Positions 33,158 through 41,917 of a DNA stretch of 64,000 bases are shown piece by piece. Origin of the DNA: Thecamonas trahens ATCC 50062 (taxonomy: Eukaryota > Protista > Apusomonadida); contig NW_013657614.1 of NCBI RefSeq assembly GCF_000142905.1, positions 52,803 through 116,802 of the forward strand. The letters are read 5' to 3'. Under the pieces are notes generated by a model. It saw only the letters and a program-made list of their open reading frames with translations. It searched no databases and was not told where the DNA came from. The translations under genes were made by a program, and so were the position numbers. How positions within the stretch are numbered: position 1 is the first letter of the stretch; the number at the start of each line of letters is the position of its first letter.

Positions 33158-34262
33158 GGGTGGTGGAGGGGAGGGGGGGGGTGGGGGGGTGGGGGGGGCT
33201 AGACGACGACGACGTAACGGAGGGTAGACGGNNNNNNNNNNNNNNNNNNNNNNNNNNNNNNNNNNNNNNNNNNNNNNNNNNNNNNNNNNNNNNNNNNNNN
33301 NNNNNNNNNNNNNNNNNNNNNNNNNNNNNNNNNNNNNNNNNNNNNNNNNNNNNNNNNNNNNNNNNNNNNNNNNNNNNNNNNNNNNNNNNNNNNNNNNNNN
33401 NNNNNNNNNNNNNNNNNNNNNNNNNNNNNNNNNNNNNNNNNNNNNNNNNNNNNNNNNNNNNNNNNNNNNNNNNNNNNNNNNNNNNNNNNNNNNNNNNNNN
33501 NNNNNNNNNNNNNNNNNNNNNNNNNNNNNNNNNNNNNNNNNNNNNNNNNNNNNNNNNNNNNNNNNNNNNNNNNNNNNNNNNNNNNNNNNNNNNNNNNNNN
33601 NNNNNNNNNNNNNNNNNNNNNNNNNNNNNNNNNNNNNNNNNNNNNNNNNNNNNNNNNNNNNNNNNNNNNNNNNNNNNNNNNNNNNNNNNNNNNNNNNNNN
33701 NNNNNNNNNNNNNNNNNNNNNNNNNNNNNNNNNNNNNNNNNNNNNNNNNNNNNNNNNNNNNNNNNNNNNNNNNNNNNNNNNNNNNNNNNNNNNNNNNNNN
33801 NNNNNNNNNNNNNNNNNNNNNNNNNNNNNNNNNNNNNNNNNNNNNNNNNNNNNNNNNNNNNNNNNNNNNNNNNNNNNNNNNNNNNNNNNNNNNNNNNNNN
33901 NNNNNNNNNNNNNNNNNNNNNNNNNNNNNNNNNNNNNNNNNNNNNNNNNNNNNNNNNNNNNNNNNNNNNNNNNNNNNNNNNNNNNNNNNNNNNNNNNNNN
34001 NNGGGGGGAGGTGATCATGGGCAGGAGTTTGAGCATGGATGGGCACAACCATCCAACAGCGCAGTGATCGGTGTGGTAGCTGAGGTCTACGTGGTACTGA
34101 GAATGGTCGTGAGCAGTGAAAACATGCTCTCCTTCCCCGCTCCCCCCCCCCCTCTATCCCTCCCGCCCCCCCTCCCTCCGTCCTCCTCCGCTTCATCACC
34201 ACCTCACTCCCTCCTTGGTCCGAAAGGCAGATACCCCCTCCCCCTCCCCTACGCGTGCTATC

Positions 34263-35720
34263 ATGGGAAGCAAGAAGGGCAACATGTTCGCCAACGCTGC
34301 AAGGATGCGTGGCAGCAAGAGCAAAAAGTCGGCCGGAGCTGCCAGTGCCGGTGCCGGTGCCGGTGGCGGCAAGGGCAAGGGCAAGGGCAAGGGCAAGGGC
34401 AAGGGCAAGGGTGGACGGGCGTCGACCGACTCGGACGAGTACGAGTATGCCTACGAGTCGGACGAGTCGGATGAGTACGAGGCCGAGTCGCACGAGTACG
34501 AGTCGGACGTGTACGAGGCCGAGTCGGACGACGAGCTGTCGAGCGCGGGCTCGTCCGAGGGCAAGAAGCCGGCCAGCAAGTCGGGCAAGCGCGGCCGGAA
34601 GGGCTTTGGTGCCGGCAACAAGAGCGGAAGCAAGGCCGGGAGCAAGGCCGGCTCCGGTCGCAAGCGGAGTAGCTCGGGCGGATCGAATCCGTGGATCAAG
34701 TCGGGCGGCGGGATCAGGACGCTGAACAGGGAGGGCTACTCGGACGGGTCGGACATGACCGACTCGGAGTCGATGGGTGTGGCCAAGAACCCGTCTTTCA
34801 CCGGCCTATATCTCTGTGCGGTGCTGTTCCTCAACCTGATGGGCATTGCCGCCGTCGCCGCCGCCATTTACTACATGGAACCGCTGCCGTATGTTGTCGG
34901 CCTCGGCATCGTCCTCGTCATCACCATGTTTGTCATGCTGCGGAGCAAGACCGTTCGCTCGTTTGGCACCAAGATGACAACCACCGAGGGCGAGGCCCGT
35001 CTCGAGGCCTGCACCGCCATGCCCGCATACCTGGTTGTCATCGCTGAGGCCTACCACTACGTCACCGTCCAGGTCAAGACCTCGAAGGGGACCAAGACCA
35101 AGCGCAAGAAGGTGACGACGTGGCGCGGTCGTGAGGAGATCATTCCCGACGACGTCATCGACTGCAGCCAGCAAGTCTCGCTCCAGCGCTACGTCCGCGC
35201 CGCCGTCGAGATCGAGTTCAACTACGCCATGGCCAACTCCAAGTCGGACGAGCTGTGGGAGGAGTGGCTCGGCGATTACATCGACACCCACGACAACGAC
35301 GACCACTTCAACATCTCCGTCACCCTCACTGTGCCCGGCATCGGCTCCTCGGTTAGGCACCGCAAGCACAATTTGATGCTCGTCCCGTGCGACTTTGTCG
35401 TCTCCTCTTCGGGCTCCTCCTGCTGCCTCTCCTATCCGTGGGCCATCATCTCCACCCTCCTCCTCTTCTCTTTCCCCTACCTCGCCTGGGTCGAGCGGAG
35501 CACGCCGCGCGAGACCTTCTTCCTCCGCAAAAAGCTCAAGTTTGTCGACAACGTCATCATCGCCCGCGGCCGCGACGTGCGGGACGTCAACGCCGAGGCT
35601 GTCGAGCACATCAACGAGACCCTTGTCGACCTTGCCCACGCCTCCACCGTAGCCGGCCCGGACGACGAGGACACCGACTCGGATGCCGACTACGACGACT
35701 ACGGCGAGGTTATCGTCTGA
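34263..35720 (+). CDS. TMEM151-family membrane protein with long low-complexity N-terminus, 485 aa
   Basis: Two TM helices, then AYHY...KVTTW..EE....VIDCS, RAAVEIEFNY, LTVPG and a C-terminal hydrophobic WAIISTLLLFSFPYLAWVE...LRKKL, matching the TMEM151 layout. Likely ATG at 34263. Confidence 0.72.
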   Translation: MGSKKGNMFANAARMRGSKSKKSAGAASAGAGAGGGKGKGKGKGKGKGKGGRASTDSDEYEYAYESDESDEYEAESHEYESDVYEAESDDELSSAGSSEGKKPASKSGKRGRKGFGAGNKSGSKAGSKAGSGRKRSSSGGSNPWIKSGGGIRTLNREGYSDGSDMTDSESMGVAKNPSFTGLYLCAVLFLNLMGIAAVAAAIYYMEPLPYVVGLGIVLVITMFVMLRSKTVRSFGTKMTTTEGEARLEACTAMPAYLVVIAEAYHYVTVQVKTSKGTKTKRKKVTTWRGREEIIPDDVIDCSQQVSLQRYVRAAVEIEFNYAMANSKSDELWEEWLGDYIDTHDNDDHFNISVTLTVPGIGSSVRHRKHNLMLVPCDFVVSSSGSSCCLSYPWAIISTLLLFSFPYLAWVERSTPRETFFLRKKLKFVDNVIIARGRDVRDVNAEAVEHINETLVDLAHASTVAGPDDEDTDSDADYDDYGEVIV

Positions 35721-36415
35721 GCTCAGCCGTACACCGCGCACACTCATCCGCGTGACAAACACACACCCCAGTCTTTGTACCCACGCACAATGCCGGCCCA
35801 TCCACCCGATGCCGATGCCGACACATTCCACATCGCCCAAGCCCAAGAGGTGATCCGTAGGTTCCTCCCCTCCCCCCGCCGGCCTCATCGCCCATCGAAC
35901 CTTCTCCCCTTCCAGCCATCCACTCGGACAGCATTGCCAGCATCCCACCCCAGCCCCCAGCCCCACACGCTCTTCACCCATGTCCGCTTCCGCCTTGGAC
36001 GCGCTTGCCCCAACCCGTCATCGCCGCGGTTGTCAGCCGCCACCAACGTCGCCGGCTCCAGCCACTGATCATACCGCGAGCACCCGCACGCCGCCGTCAG
36101 CACCATCGCACACTCACCGCTCCCTGTCGTTGTCTCTTCCAGCAGCGCAAGTATGTGCGTTGCACCTGTCTCTGTTGCCCGCCTGCCCTCGGCGCGTCAA
36201 TGTCAGAAAAAGCCGCGCGCAAAAAACCGACCTTCGAATTTCTTCGCAATGGAACCTTACTTCCTTCGCGCGTCGCAACCTCAAAAAGAGCCGCTGCTGT
36301 GGTGCGGCCTGCGACCGCATCGATACCCATCCATCGCCCCCCGCACACACGCACACATCCCCATATCCATACTCATACCCGGCCTACTAGCCGTGAATCT
36401 GTTGGGTCCAGTACC

Positions 36416-38317
36416 ATGTCTAACATTTTGTTTGCTCCGTCGACCGATGTGCTCGCCACGGCCTCGGCCGCGGCCTCGCACCTCTCGACCCACGACGCCA
36501 TGCTTGTCGAGCTGATGGCAGCTGCTGCAGTGGTTGCCGCCCGACGCAGTGGCGCTTCACCTCCGCCGCCGCCTCCGCCGCCATCGCCACCAACCAAGGC
36601 CGATTTGGCTGCTGCGCCGTGCTCGATCTGTATGGTGGAGCTGGATGACGATGCGGCCGGATGTTCAGAATCGTCTTTGGCCGACGGCTCTGATGCCACC
36701 GCTACCGTCGGGGCGCTCGTCTGCAAGAAATGCAGCGCGCCGATGTGCTCGAGCTGCGTCCCCTACACCGTTGAGGCTGCGGTGCGCGAGGGTGAGCTTC
36801 CGTACTGCGGGGCGTGCAGCCATCCGCTGGATCTCCGCGCGGTGGCTGTGTGCGCGTCTGTGCCGCCGTCCGCTCGGGCGGCGGTGCTCTCCATCGACGC
36901 TGAGCTGCAGTGCACGGTCGACGGCAAGCATCGGATCAAGTGCTTTGGGTGCAACCGGACGACGTCGATTGCTGATGCCGTCTCGCGCGGTCTGATGCGG
37001 ACAAATTGCGTCCACTGCTCGATGCGGCTGTGCGTGGTGTGCGAGAGAGTCTTTCCGGCCACCCACGCCCTCGACGAGACCATGCATCGCGAGTGCAGGG
37101 CGCGATTTGCGCAGCTCCGCCTGTTCCGCCAGTTTGAGGAGATGATGATGGAGTGGACAACGCGGGTCTGTCCTGGGCGTTGCGCTGCGGGCAAGCGCGG
37201 GGTCAAGGACTCGGCGTGCACTCACATGTCGTGCACATGCGCGACGTCGCGGTGGTGCTTCGTGTGCGGCAAGGCGGCATCGGCGGTCGGCTCGCTCTCT
37301 GATCACTCGGCGTACCGCGGGCCGTGGCAGACCTCGCCAAGCCACTGTCCGATGTACCTGTACCTACTGGCACACGTCGACGCGCGCATCGCAGCACTAG
37401 GTTGCGGACGCGCCGACTGCCGTCCCGACGGCTCGTGCCCGTGCGACTCTCGCTGCCGCGCCACCCGCGATTGGGCCGGGCAGACGTTGCTTGCCACCAT
37501 CCGCGTCCGGGCCCACATCCTCGAGTTCATGGCAACCCACGGCCCGCGGGCGGTCATCGACGCCCTCGATGCCTTTGACTTTCGTGATGCCGTCGATGCA
37601 AACTACTTCAATGGCGAGTTTCCGTGGGAAGCAGTCGCCGCCGACGGCGTCGCCGCCCTGCCGCACTACGCCGCCTTTGAACCGGATGAGATGCGCGGTT
37701 TTTACGCCGCGCGCCATGCTTGGTTCAACGTTGCTCCGCCCGTGCCGCCGCTTGTGCCGGCCGCGCCCGTTGGACTCATCCCGCAGCCGCCGCTCCTGCC
37801 GCCACCCGGCTGGCGGCGTGGCGATCCGATTCCACGGCGGGCTGTCCCTCCGCCACCGCCGCCACCCATGGCTGCTGGTCCGCCTCCACCGCCACCGCCG
37901 ATGGCTGCTGGTCCGCCTCCACCGCCACCGCCGATGGCTGCTGGCCCGCCGCCGCCGCCACCGCCGATGGCTGCTGGCCCGCCGCCGCCGCCACCGCCGA
38001 TGGCTGCTGGTCCGCCGCCGCCGCCGCCGGCGATGCCGCCCAGGCACCAGCGCCAGGAACCGCTCCAGGTGCCGCGAACCCGCAGTCGCTCGCTAGTGCA
38101 GCGTCTAATCGGCATTGTCCGCCCGAACCGGCGACAGTCAAGCGATCCCCACGCCCCGCCTGCGCCGCCGCCGCCTTCGCCGCCACCTCCTCCACCCAGC
38201 ACTGCCCCGCCGCCGCCGCCGCCCTCATTGGCCACTCCCCAACAACACTCTCCTCGGCGACGGCGGCGACACAGATCTCGTGCAGGCACAGCTCAACGCC
38301 TGCCATCGCTGTCGTAA
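36416..38317 (+). CDS. RBR (RING1-IBR-RING2) E3 ubiquitin ligase-like protein with polyproline tail, 633 aa
   Basis: CSIC...CKKC...CSSC...CGAC (RING1); CFGC...CVHC..LCVVC...H...H.EC (IBR); CPGRC...KDSACTHMSCTC...WCFVC (Rcat with catalytic Cys). accATG at 36416. Confidence 0.82.
   Translation: MSNILFAPSTDVLATASAAASHLSTHDAMLVELMAAAAVVAARRSGASPPPPPPPPSPPTKADLAAAPCSICMVELDDDAAGCSESSLADGSDATATVGALVCKKCSAPMCSSCVPYTVEAAVREGELPYCGACSHPLDLRAVAVCASVPPSARAAVLSIDAELQCTVDGKHRIKCFGCNRTTSIADAVSRGLMRTNCVHCSMRLCVVCERVFPATHALDETMHRECRARFAQLRLFRQFEEMMMEWTTRVCPGRCAAGKRGVKDSACTHMSCTCATSRWCFVCGKAASAVGSLSDHSAYRGPWQTSPSHCPMYLYLLAHVDARIAALGCGRADCRPDGSCPCDSRCRATRDWAGQTLLATIRVRAHILEFMATHGPRAVIDALDAFDFRDAVDANYFNGEFPWEAVAADGVAALPHYAAFEPDEMRGFYAARHAWFNVAPPVPPLVPAAPVGLIPQPPLLPPPGWRRGDPIPRRAVPPPPPPPMAAGPPPPPPPMAAGPPPPPPPMAAGPPPPPPPMAAGPPPPPPPMAAGPPPPPPAMPPRHQRQEPLQVPRTRSRSLVQRLIGIVRPNRRQSSDPHAPPAPPPPSPPPPPPSTAPPPPPPSLATPQQHSPRRRRRHRSRAGTAQRLPSLS
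37843..38040 (+). repeat. 33-bp coding tandem repeat, (MAAGPPPPPPP) x5
   Basis: Direct reading. Confidence 0.95.
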
Positions 38318-38330
38318 ACATTCCATCCCC

Positions 38331-38373
38331 ATCCCCTATGATCCGCATCCCCTATGATCCGCATCCCCTATGA
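38331..38373. repeat. 16-mer tandem repeat atcccctatgatccgc x2.7, followed by a C/CA-rich tract up to 38555
   Basis: Direct reading. Confidence 0.85.
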
Positions 38374-38555
38374 CCCCCCCCCCCTCCGCCCCCCTCTCCC
38401 CCCTCTCCCCCCTCTCCCCGTTCCCAGCATTCCATTCATTCCGCCCACCACCCGCACATGCCCCACACCCCACACACCCCACACACCCCACACACACCCC
38501 ACACACCCCACCCACACATCCATACACCCACCCACCCATACACACACACTCGCAC

Positions 38556-39641
38556 ATGTACACCTTCCCCACCCTCAAGACCCAACAGTTCCGCCTCGAC
38601 GCGGCCCTCCGCACCTCCTCGGAGGAGGGCGGCGAGTGGGTGGCCCGGTGCCAGGCCGAGCGCGACGCCATGTACACCGTCCTGGCCACCAAGGGGGTCC
38701 AGCCTGCCGACGTGGAGGACGCGCTCATGGGATACCTGCCTTACGCACACTCGCTCGTTGCCACCTTTGAGGAGCATCCCGAGATGCGGACGGACAAGAT
38801 CATCAGCTACGCATGGACATCGCTGCTCTATCGCAAGTCAAAGGTGCTCAAGATCGCTAACAAGTACTACGACGTGACCATGATCACCAACGGCGTCGCC
38901 GCTGCAAAGGCCAACGCTGCCACAAAGCTCCTGGCTGACGTCGTCTCGGAGGATGGCTTCCATGACGTCGTCGGTCGTGCCGCTCAGCTCTACCGTGAGG
39001 CTGCCGGTATCTGGGAGTTTGCCGTCGATCGCTACCTCCCGCGCTGGGTCAACTGGCCGTCGGTCCGCCCGCCCGAAGTCATGATCCCGGTCATGCAGGC
39101 CTGCGCGTTGGTTGCCCTTGCCAGCGCCCAGCAGTTGACCGTCAAGAAGGGCGCCCTGACTGGCGTCTCGCCCTCGCTCCTCACCCGCCTCCTCCTCGAC
39201 GTCAAGGACAAGTACGAGCTCGCCCTTTCTCTCATCAAGGGCTCGTCCGAGTACGATGACATCGAAAAGGACTTTCGCAAGTTCCTCTCCGTCAACGCAC
39301 AGTTCCACAAGGCCATTGCCTTCAAGTTTATGGCCCTCTCCAAGTACTCGCCCGACTCGGGCGAGACCATCGGCGAGGCCGTCACCCTCATCAACGTTGC
39401 CAAGGACGCCCTCGACAAGACCGGCTACCGCTCGCTCGACTCGAGCCTCGCCGAGCTCAAGGCCGCCATCACCGCCGAAGCCGACGAAATCGACGACCTG
39501 CATCGCCTCTACAACCGCGAAGCCGACCAAGTCTACTTTGCTGCTCCCGTAGACCTCGCCCTCATGGAGCTGCCCTCGGCTCGCGCCGTCGCCAAACCAA
39601 TCGCCTTTGACGAGCCCGAGCTGCTGTTCAACGAGCTGTGA
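38556..39641 (+). CDS. Stand-alone BRO1-domain protein (BROX-like, ESCRT-associated), 361 aa
   Basis: YLPY...L, YAWTSLL, YDVTM, YREAAGIWEF, RPPEV, ALASAQQLTVKK, IGEAV, READQVYF, KPIAF. Confidence 0.85.
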   Translation: MYTFPTLKTQQFRLDAALRTSSEEGGEWVARCQAERDAMYTVLATKGVQPADVEDALMGYLPYAHSLVATFEEHPEMRTDKIISYAWTSLLYRKSKVLKIANKYYDVTMITNGVAAAKANAATKLLADVVSEDGFHDVVGRAAQLYREAAGIWEFAVDRYLPRWVNWPSVRPPEVMIPVMQACALVALASAQQLTVKKGALTGVSPSLLTRLLLDVKDKYELALSLIKGSSEYDDIEKDFRKFLSVNAQFHKAIAFKFMALSKYSPDSGETIGEAVTLINVAKDALDKTGYRSLDSSLAELKAAITAEADEIDDLHRLYNREADQVYFAAPVDLALMELPSARAVAKPIAFDEPELLFNEL

Positions 39642-39702
39642 GACACTCACACGCATACGCATACACACCAACAAACTTCATAAACTCTGCGCTCTTGCCC
39701 CT

Positions 39703-41424
39703 TTACTCGGTCGCGTCTGGAGCTGTTGGCGTCGCGCTGGTCATCGGGTCGTGGTCGACGATGGTTTCGAGGTTGTAGCGGGCGCGGATGTCGGCGGCAA
39801 ACTCGGGGTCGACCCTCTCGATGCCGACGCAGATCTCCTCCAACAGCGGAGCATCGGCGCAGAGCGAGTAGAAGAGGTCGACGTCAAAGCCGCGCTCGTC
39901 GTCCGACTTGCGCAGCTCCTCAAGCTCGGCGGCAGGTGTCTCCATCGACGAGTCAGTCGACTCCTTGGCGCCGGTGACCCGGAGCGCCATGACGTCGATG
40001 GCCATGACAGCCATGACCGACTGCACGAAGCCGGCAATGAGGTCGTCAAGCCCGATGCCAAGCTGCGCAAACTGCCGCCGGTCGCAAAGGATGAGGCGCG
40101 ACGAGTCGGTCGAAGAGAGCGAGGTAGAGAGGTTCGTCCCGAGGCACGCCCAGGAGTCGAGCCCGTCGTCGATGGCACGCGGCAGCGGCTCGCGCGCACG
40201 CCGCGCGTACATGGCCAGCGGCGCAAGCCCACGGCCGGGCACGTTGCCCACCATGAACCGCAGGTCCGCCACAAACGTCTTGCCCTTCTTCGTCGGCATC
40301 ATGCCCACGTGGTACAGCCGCCCGGCGCCCGGTGTGTGCGACGACCAGTTAGCCCCGCCCACCAGGCCCTGCACAATGAACACGTCGTACGGAAGGCTCT
40401 TGGCATCCTCCATAAACTCCGCGAGCTCGCGCGGCGAAGTGATGCACCACACCCCGGCTCCGGCGTTGCCATACGGCGACTTGACCACCGCCACTCCGCC
40501 GAGCGATGCCACGTACAGCGGGACCGACGCAAGCTGCACATCGTTGACCGTGTACGGCGCCAGAATCCGGAGACCAGAGTCCGAAAGCTGCGCAGAGAGG
40601 AGCTTGTACGCCTTGGACGCCACAAGCTTGTTGCGCCCTCCTGCGAGGCACGCCGCCACAGAGTTCATGATCACCGTCTTGATCGGAGTCACCGGCAGCG
40701 CGCACCATGGCTTCTGAGTCACGTACCGCATGCACGCCCGGATTGCCACCCACTCGCCCTCGGGCGAGAGCACATACATGACCGAGTCCTCAAACTTGAC
40801 CGCGGGCTCGTCGTCGTTGTAGTGGTACTCGACAAGGAAGACCTCCTCGTCAAAGACGTCGGCCATCGTCTTGGCATAGCCCGACGCCTCCATGTAGTTC
40901 TTGTCAAACAGGACCGCCAGCCGGCCGCCGGGCACCCGCTCGGACGACCCGGCTTCGGCCGTTTTGAACGCCGTCTGCATGTGCGTCGCGTACGCCCCGT
41001 GCTCGATCGAGTCGTTGAGCGGCGGCATCGACTTTTGCCCCGACGGGCTCGAGTTGGTCTCCACCACGCACATCCGCCGAACACCCTCGGCGTTGGTCAC
41101 GTTGAACAGATCCGTCCCCGCCCACGGCAGGAGCTGCGGCTCGTAGTTGAGCACCTGCTTGAGCGCATCCTCATCAACCTCGGGATGGAGGTGCGAGTAG
41201 CGAGCAGCAATCTGCTCCTTTGTCATGTTGAAAAAGTACGAGACCAGCGGATGTGGGACGGCATTGAGCGTCCGCTCGTAGAAATGATCCGAAGGCACAA
41301 AGGTTCCAGGAGAAACAACCACCGTCGAACCCTCCACTCCCTTGAGCAGCCGCTGCCGCTTGCCGCTTGCGTCCGTGTCGGCCTTTGAAAAGTACTTGGC
41401 CTTGCCAGCTGCTTCCGCGCTCAT
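39703..41424 (-). CDS. Circularly permuted ATP-grasp amidoligase-like protein, 573 aa
   Basis: The metal-binding D...ExN motif (AGTDLF...VVETNSSPSG) lies N-terminal to RNKLVA, VVKSPYGNAGAGV, FIVQGL and DLRFMV, which is the permuted order of ATP-grasp motifs. Confidence 0.78.
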   Translation of the reverse strand: MSAEAAGKAKYFSKADTDASGKRQRLLKGVEGSTVVVSPGTFVPSDHFYERTLNAVPHPLVSYFFNMTKEQIAARYSHLHPEVDEDALKQVLNYEPQLLPWAGTDLFNVTNAEGVRRMCVVETNSSPSGQKSMPPLNDSIEHGAYATHMQTAFKTAEAGSSERVPGGRLAVLFDKNYMEASGYAKTMADVFDEEVFLVEYHYNDDEPAVKFEDSVMYVLSPEGEWVAIRACMRYVTQKPWCALPVTPIKTVIMNSVAACLAGGRNKLVASKAYKLLSAQLSDSGLRILAPYTVNDVQLASVPLYVASLGGVAVVKSPYGNAGAGVWCITSPRELAEFMEDAKSLPYDVFIVQGLVGGANWSSHTPGAGRLYHVGMMPTKKGKTFVADLRFMVGNVPGRGLAPLAMYARRAREPLPRAIDDGLDSWACLGTNLSTSLSSTDSSRLILCDRRQFAQLGIGLDDLIAGFVQSVMAVMAIDVMALRVTGAKESTDSSMETPAAELEELRKSDDERGFDVDLFYSLCADAPLLEEICVGIERVDPEFAADIRARYNLETIVDHDPMTSATPTAPDATE

Positions 41425-41428
41425 GATT

Positions 41429-41464
<36 letters not shown>

Positions 41465-41683
41465 GTGCTGCGCGCTTGTGGGTGAGTGTTCCCGATCGGT
41501 CGGCTTGTGGCACCTGTATGTGTTTTGGGAAGAAGTCGTCATGCCACGCTCTCGTCACATAGTGCTGCCTTTTTGTCAGGAATTCCACTCGTGGCCAAAA
41601 AAAGCTCTCAAATGGCCGCTTTGTCCGCTTTGTCCGCTTTGTCCGCTTTGTCCGCTTTGTCCACCTCGTCCGCCTCGTCCGCC
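41429..41683. repeat. (GA)n microsatellite at about 41430-41461 and 9-mer ccgctttgt x5 plus cc[ag]cctcgt copies at about 41616-41683
   Basis: Direct reading; lies immediately upstream of the 39703..41424 gene. Confidence 0.9.
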
Positions 41684-41917
41684 ATTCTCGCCAAGCACTG
41701 GTTTGTCCACCATTCTTACCAAGCACTGGTTTGACCACAGCTACTGCCGTTAATGCATCCCGCCCTCCTCCTCCTCGCCACCGCCGTGCGCAGGATCGTC
41801 GACCAAGGCTCAAGTCGGCCGGTCAAGCCGAGCTCCGGCTCCAGCCCTTGCATCATGCCCTCCTCTCCCATCAGGCTCATCATAACTTGAAAGACTTCAT
41901 TTTCTCCACCTGCACAA

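Noticed and set aside
35775-36415. Short ORFs and the 137-aa upstream extension of the RBR ORF
   Set aside because: Low-complexity C-rich leader with no motifs; the ATG at 36416 has the typical accATG context.
38331-38555. Short direct repeats as a possible CRISPR array (also 1288-1353 and 41616-41683)
   Set aside because: Head-to-tail repeats without unique spacers, no cas genes, eukaryotic context.
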